IMG/VR virus record: IMGVR_UViG_3300031885_000016
Span: 1 to 56,729 of that record
From: a virus
Lineage: Duplodnaviria > Caudoviricetes
Reading direction: 5' to 3' (one strand)
Length of the DNA: 56,729 bases
Part shown: positions 17,351 to 24,537 of the stretch, in pieces
How the letters are laid out: each line of letters starts with the position of its first letter
Numbering within the stretch: position 1 is the first letter of the stretch
Translations under genes and position numbers: made by a program
Notes under the pieces: model-generated
Told to the model about the DNA's origin: nothing
The model's input: the letters and a program-made list of their open reading frames with translations, nothing else
Database searches by the model: none

Positions 17351-17698
17351 ATGAATGTTCTGCGTGATAAGTTTCCCCACCTGATTGACCTGACCCCCGA
17401 TGTGGACACAAAGGGATTCACTTACTTGGCTACAACGCCAGTCATCAAGCAACCGGGCACTTTGCCCTACCGAATTGTCCTGGTCTGTAATGGCGACCAA
17501 TTCATCGTCTACAACCAGTATTTCAACAAGTATCACGTCGATCCGCTGTCGGGCTATCTGGAAACCGCCAAGCCGTCATTCTCCGATGGCAACTACTTCG
17601 GAAATCAGCACTTACATGCGGCCTTGAAGTGCTTCGGCAATCGAGTCGCCAAGGATGCGGTCCATATCGAGAGCATCTATCGGAAAGAAACAGTGTAG
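17351..17698 (+). CDS. Hypothetical protein
   Basis: GGAG RBS; stop overlaps motif. Confidence 0.75.
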   Translation: MNVLRDKFPHLIDLTPDVDTKGFTYLATTPVIKQPGTLPYRIVLVCNGDQFIVYNQYFNKYHVDPLSGYLETAKPSFSDGNYFGNQHLHAALKCFGNRVAKDAVHIESIYRKETV

Positions 17699-17832
17699 TT
17701 TAGTTGTACACTGAGTAGTCGCCAAGGGAATATAAACTTGAACAGTGGCTCTAACATAAGGAGAACTATCATGTGACCCCTAGACTGTCATCACAAGCTT
17801 ATAATTTTTGATCCTCTTTTTTGGAAAGAACT

Positions 17833-18012
17833 ATGCGAACCTTTGAAGTTTTCAACTGTGGTCGGTTTCTGGGCAAGGTGCGGGCTGTCAACCCCGTGAA
17901 TGCGTTTAAGAACGCTCAAAAGAAGTGGCCTTACCTCAGCACCGGCGAGATGGAACTGCAAGATCCGAACGTGCAACGTCGGGGCCATGTGGCCTACAAC
18001 AAAGCCGCCTAA
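17833..18012 (+). CDS. Small basic protein ending -NKAA
   Basis: MRTFEVF...VRAVNPVNAF. Confidence 0.65.
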   Translation: MRTFEVFNCGRFLGKVRAVNPVNAFKNAQKKWPYLSTGEMELQDPNVQRRGHVAYNKAA

Positions 18013-18104
18013 TTGCTTGGCGGTGAAAATGGGCCACCAATCATAGGGGTGGCGGCGGGAACTGCCAAAGTGCCTTAGTTTACTTGTACATTTAGGAGAA
18101 GCAG

Positions 18105-18299
18105 ATGAAACTCAGTCACCTGACCGTGTATTTCGACATTCAATGGCATATGCGTGATGGACGGGGCCATTGTGTCGATGTTGATCTGCCTGACAATTCA
18201 GACGGCACTCGTGCTGGTGGCAACGATGGCACTCGTTTTTCGTCACCGGCTGAAGCCGGAAGATTTGTCGCTGATTGGCTTGTCGAACAGATTTCATAG
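18105..18299 (+). CDS. Small hypothetical protein
   Basis: AGGAG RBS right after motif; stop overlaps next motif. Confidence 0.7.
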   Translation: MKLSHLTVYFDIQWHMRDGRGHCVDVDLPDNSDGTRAGGNDGTRFSSPAEAGRFVADWLVEQIS

Positions 18300-18348
18300 T
18301 TTAGTTGTACATTAGGTGAATGTAACAACCTCACACCGGAGCCAAACA

Positions 18349-18546
18349 ATGGCCAAGAACAAGCTCAACAATGATGATCGTCGCCAATGGATCGACAACG
18401 ATGAGGGCCTTTACAACTGGTATCGGTCCAGTCGCCTCAGCATGACCAAATTCATCAAGGAAAACAAAGAAGAACTTGATGCGGCGATCAATCGGGTTCT
18501 CAACGCCCCGCCCCCCGAAAAGACTTGGCGAGACTACGTTAGGTAG
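18349..18546 (+). CDS. Small hypothetical protein
   Basis: GGAG RBS; RRQWIDNDEGLYNW. Confidence 0.75.
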   Translation: MAKNKLNNDDRRQWIDNDEGLYNWYRSSRLSMTKFIKENKEELDAAINRVLNAPPPEKTWRDYVR

Positions 18547-18608
18547 TGGAGAGAGCCCCTTCGGGGGCTCTTTTCTTTTTAACTTGTGCAAAGTTAATTT
18601 GTACATTA
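18544..18608 (+). repeat. Terminator+motif module, identical copy at 20060-20124
   Basis: TAGTGGAGAGAGCCCCTTCGGGGGCTC-(T-rich)-AACTTGTGCAAAGTTAATTTGTACATTA. A related module pair lies at about 19081-19140 and 19476-19533. Confidence 0.9.
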
Positions 18609-18644
18609 CTTGGATGTAATGACAACACTCACCGGAGCCAAACA

Positions 18645-19076
18645 ATGCTTCACTTCTCAACCGCTTCCGATCTCGCTCAAATTGGTTGGACTGAGGATGG
18701 CGAACCTGATGTGATCGAAGAGTTTTATGTGGTTGCCAGCGACGAACACGGCAACCAATGGCGAAGCCCAACTGTCCGACACGATTGGACCAATTCATTC
18801 CGATTCTGCAAGGATTATGTTGCCAAACAGATTGAAAAGGTCCGCTTTGCTCTTTACCGATGGGAACCAATTCAAGTTTTCATCCTTGGAAGCATCGCAG
18901 AACGACATGGCTTTGAAAACGAATGCGAACTGCTTCATCGGGAATCGGTCACGAAATTGGATGTGACCACTTGGCAACCGTGGTTCCCACAATACGGCTC
19001 AGACGCCTACGTTAGTAGTGGACAAGAGGCAAAGTATCTGGCTGCCGAACGTGCTGGCGTCCCTTACTACTGCTAA
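18645..19076 (+). CDS. Hypothetical protein
   Basis: Leader CACCGGAGCCAAACAATG shared with the 18349 gene; C-terminal PQYGSDAY. Confidence 0.75.
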   Translation: MLHFSTASDLAQIGWTEDGEPDVIEEFYVVASDEHGNQWRSPTVRHDWTNSFRFCKDYVAKQIEKVRFALYRWEPIQVFILGSIAERHGFENECELLHRESVTKLDVTTWQPWFPQYGSDAYVSSGQEAKYLAAERAGVPYYC

Positions 19077-19170
19077 CACAAAGCCCCTTCGGGGGCTTTT
19101 ACTCTTATTCCTTGCGAAGTTAATTTGTACATTAGTTGGGTGTAACCACAACCTTAACTGGAGAGAAACG

Positions 19171-19470
19171 ATGAACCGTGTTGAAGCTGCTATCGCCAAG
19201 GCCAAGATCGCAATCGAAAACAGTGGTGCCGATCAAGCCAAGCTTGACAAAAACCACAAAGCTTTGGACATGCCGTTCGATGAGTATTGCCGGTTTCAAA
19301 CGATGAAGTCGGCAGCAATGGGCACCATGCTCAACACCGACGAAGCACAGTCGATCTACAACTACTTGGGCAACACCCCCGAGCAATTCAATCGGCAGCC
19401 GCTGGAAGTCAAGATCGTGCTTACGAAGATCTTCGCCGAACTACTGGAACGTCGCATCAAAGCGGCCTAG
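19171..19470 (+). CDS. Hypothetical protein ending -IKAA
   Basis: GGAG RBS; followed by terminator. Confidence 0.8.
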   Translation: MNRVEAAIAKAKIAIENSGADQAKLDKNHKALDMPFDEYCRFQTMKSAAMGTMLNTDEAQSIYNYLGNTPEQFNRQPLEVKIVLTKIFAELLERRIKAA

Positions 19471-19545
19471 AGAGAAGCCCCTTCGGGGGCTTTTACTTTA
19501 TTCCTTGCAAAGTTAATTTGTACATTAGTTGGGTAAGGAGCAACC

Positions 19546-19677
19546 ATGAAGAAAACCGAACACGCTGCCAAGGCCCACAATTGCTTGGGCTATCACAAAC
19601 ATCTTCGTAAGTTCGGCAAAGCACTGGCCCATCGGGCTGTCCGCAATGCACTTCGACGATTACTCAAGCAAGTTTAG
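19546..19677 (+). CDS. 43-aa basic peptide
   Basis: AAGGAG RBS; MKKTEHAAKAHNCLGYHKHLRKFGK...LKQV-stop in motif. Confidence 0.7.
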   Translation: MKKTEHAAKAHNCLGYHKHLRKFGKALAHRAVRNALRRLLKQV

Positions 19678-19732
19678 TTGTACATTACTTGGATATAACC
19701 ACAACAACACCCCTTACCTAGAGAGATTCGAC

Positions 19733-20062
19733 ATGAAGTTTTTCATCCAGTTAGTTGCCAGCGAACTGAAGTTTGAATGTGTGGACCAACACGTTTTCGA
19801 CAATCGCAATTTCGCTCTTGCGGATGACGGCGGACCACGTTACACCAAGAATTGGTTCTCGTCTATCCCCGGCAGCGTCGATATTCATTGCGACAATCTG
19901 TCACCTGGCTTGATTGCTGGTATCAATCGCATGGTCGGCAACCCAACCAGTCATCAAGGACTTGGCACGTTCAGCGAGCCCGATAGTGTGGGCTTTCGCC
20001 GTGGTCGTGGCGAATACCTTTACAAGCTGACCGATCAAACGAAGTGGAAGCGAGCGGCCTAG
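19733..20062 (+). CDS. Hypothetical protein ending -KRAA
   Basis: ORF between motif and terminator. Confidence 0.75.
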   Translation: MKFFIQLVASELKFECVDQHVFDNRNFALADDGGPRYTKNWFSSIPGSVDIHCDNLSPGLIAGINRMVGNPTSHQGLGTFSEPDSVGFRRGRGEYLYKLTDQTKWKRAA

Positions 20063-20159
20063 TGGAGAGAGCCCCTTCGGGGGCTCTTTTCTTTTTAACT
20101 TGTGCAAAGTTAATTTGTACATTAGGTGAGTGTAACCACAACACTCAAGGAACAAAGCC

Positions 20160-20402
20160 ATGTGTCAAATCAATCTGGGTTCGCCAATCGGAAGTGAGAA
20201 GGTTCGGGGCGGGTTCCAACCACACTGGCGTACCGTGTTCGTCTACAAGTGCAAGGCTGGTCATGTGGTCAAGGTGCGAGCCAACTCCTACCGTGGCAAA
20301 ACGGCAGTGCCAGGGGTGGGGGCCATCATGTGTCCCACTTGTGAGTTTAATGCCAAGTTCGATGCCATGATGTTTCAACCAACCCACGAACTTGCCTGCT
20401 AG
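20160..20402 (+). CDS. Small Zn-binding protein
   Basis: CKAGH...CPTC; AAGG RBS; stop overlaps motif. Confidence 0.7.
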   Translation: MCQINLGSPIGSEKVRGGFQPHWRTVFVYKCKAGHVVKVRANSYRGKTAVPGVGAIMCPTCEFNAKFDAMMFQPTHELAC

Positions 20403-20449
20403 TTAAGTTGTACATTAGAAGCATGTAACAACTAACAACGGAGCGAACC

Positions 20450-20599
20450 ATGAAGATCAAGCTCAACTGCAAAGCACAATGGGAAGTGGGACGAGGCCAC
20501 ATGGCACACCGCAGTGGCACAGGCACCCACAGTGATCGTCGCACTAAGCGACTCAACACAAGAGCCAGCCGCAACCGCAAAGCAATGGGGGAACAGTGA
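20450..20599 (+). CDS. 49-aa basic peptide
   Basis: GGAG RBS; ...RSGTGTHSDRRTKRLNTRASRNRKA. Confidence 0.65.
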   Translation: MKIKLNCKAQWEVGRGHMAHRSGTGTHSDRRTKRLNTRASRNRKAMGEQ

Positions 20600-20794
20600 T
20601 GAAGTGGGACAGTTCTGCTTGTGTCGCAAGCTGCAAGCACCAAGGCCCGAACGTATCAGTGTGGATCGTTGGCGTGCCATGCACAAGCAAGCGGCAGCCG
20701 TGGCCTATGCCAGACATGAAGAACGTTGTAGTTAAGTTGTACATTAGTGGTATGTAAGGACAACAACTCACCCTAACGAAACGAAAGAGATACC

Positions 20795-20935
20795 ATGAAG
20801 ATTCATCGCTCGGAAGCCGAAATGATTGCTGCCATCGAACAAGAGCAACTGATTGAAGATGCTCACAACGGCCACGATGAAGCGATTGAGGACATCCTCG
20901 AACAACTCGAACTTGAACAGCGACAAGCGGCCTAG
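20795..20935 (+). CDS. 46-aa acidic peptide ending -RQAA
   Basis: MKIHRSEAEMIAAIEQEQLIED...EQRQAA; last coding cassette. Confidence 0.65.
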   Translation: MKIHRSEAEMIAAIEQEQLIEDAHNGHDEAIEDILEQLELEQRQAA

Positions 20936-21254
20936 TGTGGTGTGGTTGGACTAGGGTGGCGGGGGCTAGTGGTTGGCCCCCGCCACTCCCCATTGGGGGC
21001 CTAGTTTAGTTGTACATTAGAGGGACGTGTCGCAAAATTAACAATAAAACAATTGTTTTGAAAAACATTTGACATGACCACCCTACCCCCTACCTACCAG
21101 GAGCTATGACCCCCTTTTTCTTTATTACACCTTACTTCGATTATTATTTCTGTGTTACAGAATTAAAAACTTTTAATTATGGGTTTTTCATCTAATAGCT
21201 GAAAAGTTTTTATAGAGATGGGGGGGGTTTAAAAAAAAATTACTATATTAGTGC

Positions 21255-22037
21255 ATGATAATAAATGATGATTGTTTTAAAGCTGCTACGCAGTTTGAGC
21301 CTAATTCTTTAGATGCAATAATAACTTCACCTCCTTATGCACAACAGCGTAAAAAACAATATGGTGGCATTTCGGAGGAGGCTTATCCTGACTGGACGGT
21401 TAATTGGGCTAATTGTTATAGAGCCGCTTTAAAGGATACGGGTTCTATAGCCATAGTAATTCGTCCGCATATAAAAGACGGTCAAATATCTGATTATGTG
21501 TTGAAAACGAGATTAGCGATGCGAGCGGATTGGATTGAGGCTGAGGAGTTAATTTGGATTAAGCCTGATTCGCCGCCGTTGGGAAATATTGTGAGGCCAC
21601 GGCGAGCGTGGGAAAGTATTTTATGGTTTTCAAAAACAAGAAAACCATATTGTGATGCCAAGGCGAATGGAGCTATTAGTGATCGAGTAGGTTTTGAGAG
21701 TATTAAAGGAGTTGGAGATTATAAATCTGGTGTTAGCCCGGCCAAGACTGGCATTGCCCGTTGTCGGGATTATGTAGAGGTGGGAACTGGTTCTGTGGAT
21801 AAATCATCAGAAAATACGCATCCGGCTCAATATCCTGAAAGGTTGGCTATTTGGTTGATCAAGTTATTATGTCCTATGAATGGCACGATTTTGGACCCTT
21901 TTATGGGTAGCGGCACGACCTTGGTAGCGGCTCAGACTTTAAATAAGACATTGGATTATGATTTGACATGTCATGGGGTCGAGATTTCTTCAGAATACAA
22001 TGAAATTGCTTTAAAGCGTTTGGCTATTAATGCTTAG
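21255..22037 (+). CDS. DNA methyltransferase (N4-C/N6-A, beta class)
   Basis: TSPPY catalytic motif N-terminal, HPAQYP, DPFMGSGTT SAM-binding motif C-terminal. Confidence 0.93.
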   Translation: MIINDDCFKAATQFEPNSLDAIITSPPYAQQRKKQYGGISEEAYPDWTVNWANCYRAALKDTGSIAIVIRPHIKDGQISDYVLKTRLAMRADWIEAEELIWIKPDSPPLGNIVRPRRAWESILWFSKTRKPYCDAKANGAISDRVGFESIKGVGDYKSGVSPAKTGIARCRDYVEVGTGSVDKSSENTHPAQYPERLAIWLIKLLCPMNGTILDPFMGSGTTLVAAQTLNKTLDYDLTCHGVEISSEYNEIALKRLAINA

Positions 22038-22114
22038 GGCATATTTGAGGGGGACTTTTTTGAGCATGAACTATCTAACTTGTTTGGATTTTGGCTAAAA
22101 AAAGTTCTTGTTGG

Positions 22115-22142
22115 TTTACAAGTTTGATTTTGGTGGTAGAAT
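22115..22142 (+). promoter_or_regulatory. Sigma70-like promoter
   Basis: TTTACA-16 nt-TAGAAT with extended TG, upstream of the 22198 gene. Confidence 0.5.
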
Positions 22143-22197
22143 TTGCGGTGTGGACTTTGATTTTTGGTGGGTTTGTCTTCGCAAAGGATGCTACAAA

Positions 22198-24537
22198 ATG
22201 TCTGTTGGAGTACGTTCTAAGTTTCAGGCTGGAATTCAAAAGCTTGCTTCATCTTCTAAAGAGCCCAAGATATTGGAGTTTCATCCAGGGACTCGGGCCA
22301 AGGCTAAATTGATTCAACAGAAGGCCATTGCGATGGCTCGCAGTATTAATGCTGCTTTTCTAAAGCACAAAGTTCCTGTTTCGTTGGATTATTCATTTTT
22401 CGATGATGTTCTCAACATTCAATCTGACAGTTTGTTAATGCAATCAAACGAGCATGAAGTTATCATGACGGAAAAGATGGCGGAAACAGCGGTAACGTTG
22501 TTTGTTGATTTTGAAAAACATGTTTATAAGAAATCCAAGCCAATTATAAACATAATTAAGCCAGAGCAGGGAGGCAAGACTAAAGATTCTCAGAACATGG
22601 CGATTCTTATTGCGTCTTGCATGTATCTTTTGTATAAGATCAAGGTTTTTCCTATTTTCTTATTGATGAATGATTGTGGTGGTCAAGATCAATTTGAGCG
22701 AGAATGGCCGTTACAGCAAGCTTATTGGGGTAAATTTAAGATTCGCAATAAAAAAGAATCTTTATTGTTGGGTCAATTGATAAGTGATTGGCAAGTTCCT
22801 CAAGGAGATGATTGGCGTCAAACTTCAGATCATGTTGGTTTGTGGATTTTGCGGAGATCAACTTCAAAAAGTGATCGTCGTGCTTGGATGCGTTATATTG
22901 AGACGATCAAAGAGAAAAAAGATTCTCATTTGTTATTGATTAATGATGAAGCGGACGTGGGCACTAAAGTTTCCGGTGTGACGGATGAAATGTTTAAAGA
23001 AGTTGGTCTTTATGATTATTTGACGTGTTCTAAGCGTGCTAAATCGAATATTACGTTAGTGAACGTATCTGCAACGCTTGATTTATCGCATGCTGCGGTC
23101 AAAGAATTTTCAATTACGAGAAACATTGAGCCGGATAAGGGTTATCGTTTGCCTGTAGATGCCACCACATTGATTACGGAAAGGGCTGTAGAATGGGGCG
23201 TTAAAGATATTGAAAAATTAGGAATGACGACGAATACCAGATCTCATTCTTATTGCAACATTGAGTCTTTTATTAAACTTTGGTATTCACATCCAAAGAA
23301 ACTTGATAAAAAGCAAATGGCTAAATTTAAGAATGATCCTAAAGTGCTAGCAACTTGGGAGTGGTATAAATCTGAGTATGTGCCCAAGAAGTTAGCAGAG
23401 TTGTTGATAGCGGGCATTGAAAGTGGAAGTGGATTTCAATATGCTGCTTTGCGTTATCTCAATAAAAATGAGATTTGGCGTGAAGAGTTATTGCCTGCTT
23501 TAAAATCTCATTTGCCTGCTCATTATGAAGTTTTGGCATATATTGGTGGTGAAGATGAAGGTGTGAATTACAAAGAAAAAGATATGAAGTCTGCGATTGA
23601 GACTAAGTATCGTGAATCGCCACTTGGTCAGCAACGCAATCCGATGGTGATTATTTATACAGCATCGGTGCGACGTAACACTCAATTGTACGATCATACG
23701 ATTCAGTTTGATTTTACTAGTAAGCCATCGAATCGCACATCGATGCGTCAAAATACTGGTCGAGGTGCTGGCTACAAAAAGAATTCAGAATTTTGTTGTT
23801 CGCCGGGTATGCATAAGGCTCGCAATAAACCTCACATTTTAACTCCAGGTTATTATTCTGATTCTGAGGGCAAGATTCGTGCTATTGAGCAATCGATGGT
23901 AATTACTTTAAAGGAGCATCATCGAAAGTATCCTGTTATCGATGCTATCTTTAAGGCTATTGACGAGCAATATTGGGGTGCAGAGCTTTTAGAGCAGATT
24001 CGTTTGAAGATCAAGCAAAAGAAACCCAAATATTCTCTTCAAGCTGGTGAGCGATTCTGGAAACAAAACCCACAAGCTAATAATTTGTTGGGTGTACGAG
24101 GAATCATTGACCTGAAGGCCAAAAAATGGATCGAAGATAACCAAGCTTTGCTGTTTCAGGAATTTGGTTCTGCCAAGTATGACAGCATTGATATGTTGTG
24201 GAATTTTGAAAAGAAAACCCCTGAAGAATATTATTTGATGACTGGTAAGCATCAATTGTTTTCTTTTCGTCAGGGCGAAGATGTCTCTACTAACTTGGCA
24301 TGGAAGCAGGATGATAAAGAAGGTGTTCTCCCTCAGATTCACTATGAGGTAGCAAACAAAAAGCCTCGTTGTGTAATGATTGCTTTGCGTTTGGCCAAAG
24401 TTGTGCCTGTGGCGTTTGATTATTCGCAAGAAACCATTCATCCCAAAACAAATACAATCATGTATCAACTTTGTTCTGCTTATGAGAAACAAAAAATTGA
24501 CACTTTTTATAAAGGGCGAGTTAATGTATTGGGATAG
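22198..24537 (+). CDS. Large SF2-helicase-like ATPase (Z1-domain-protein-like N-terminus)
   Basis: KPEQGGKT (cf. QSGKT), LLINDEAD (Walker B), VSAT (motif III), QNTGRGAGY (motif VI-like). Start placed at the ATG after AAGGA. Confidence 0.6.
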   Translation: MSVGVRSKFQAGIQKLASSSKEPKILEFHPGTRAKAKLIQQKAIAMARSINAAFLKHKVPVSLDYSFFDDVLNIQSDSLLMQSNEHEVIMTEKMAETAVTLFVDFEKHVYKKSKPIINIIKPEQGGKTKDSQNMAILIASCMYLLYKIKVFPIFLLMNDCGGQDQFEREWPLQQAYWGKFKIRNKKESLLLGQLISDWQVPQGDDWRQTSDHVGLWILRRSTSKSDRRAWMRYIETIKEKKDSHLLLINDEADVGTKVSGVTDEMFKEVGLYDYLTCSKRAKSNITLVNVSATLDLSHAAVKEFSITRNIEPDKGYRLPVDATTLITERAVEWGVKDIEKLGMTTNTRSHSYCNIESFIKLWYSHPKKLDKKQMAKFKNDPKVLATWEWYKSEYVPKKLAELLIAGIESGSGFQYAALRYLNKNEIWREELLPALKSHLPAHYEVLAYIGGEDEGVNYKEKDMKSAIETKYRESPLGQQRNPMVIIYTASVRRNTQLYDHTIQFDFTSKPSNRTSMRQNTGRGAGYKKNSEFCCSPGMHKARNKPHILTPGYYSDSEGKIRAIEQSMVITLKEHHRKYPVIDAIFKAIDEQYWGAELLEQIRLKIKQKKPKYSLQAGERFWKQNPQANNLLGVRGIIDLKAKKWIEDNQALLFQEFGSAKYDSIDMLWNFEKKTPEEYYLMTGKHQLFSFRQGEDVSTNLAWKQDDKEGVLPQIHYEVANKKPRCVMIALRLAKVVPVAFDYSQETIHPKTNTIMYQLCSAYEKQKIDTFYKGRVNVLG

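Larger units (their letters stand above)
41..21016 (+). repeat. Dispersed direct-repeat motif GTT(T/A)A(G/T)TTGTACA(T/C)T, 55 copies delimiting gene cassettes
   Basis: Copies start (G of GTT) at 41, 295, 541, 1118, 1756, 2221, 2982, 3546, 4017, 4653, 5119, 5583, 5871, 6236, 6554, 7271, 7729, 8181, 8486, 8898, 9199, 9704, 10383, 10709, 10949, 11125, 11787, 12347, 12372, 12578, 13050, 13703, 14000, 14249, 14392, 14561, 14940, 15305, 15758, 16013, 16455, 16687, 17058, 17298, 17698, 18078 (variant GTTTACTTGTACA), 18299, 18593, 19119, 19512, 19672, 20109, 20402, 20731, 21004. All on + strand; none noticed after 21016. Confidence 0.97.

Noticed and set aside
118-20993. Minus-strand ORFs in the array and + strand ORF extensions starting MYI/MCD/MEV
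   Set aside because: These are shadows of the + strand genes. Recurrent NVQLN, CTTKL, MYN and LVVH strings are translations of the motif, and true starts follow SD sequences downstream of it.
41-21016. CRISPR array interpretation of the repeated motif
   Set aside because: The repeat is only 13-15 bp, spacers range from about 10 bp to over 700 bp and contain whole genes, and no cas genes are present.
41-21016. Classical integron attC array
   Set aside because: There are no RYYYAAC...GTTRRRY long imperfect hairpins, most copies read GTTTAGT (not GTTRRRY), and no IntI gene is in the window. Only the analogy is retained.
41-21016. TTGTAC as a sigma70 -35 box
   Set aside because: There is no -10 at 16-18 nt, and SDs, start codons and a tRNA 5' end lie within that distance.
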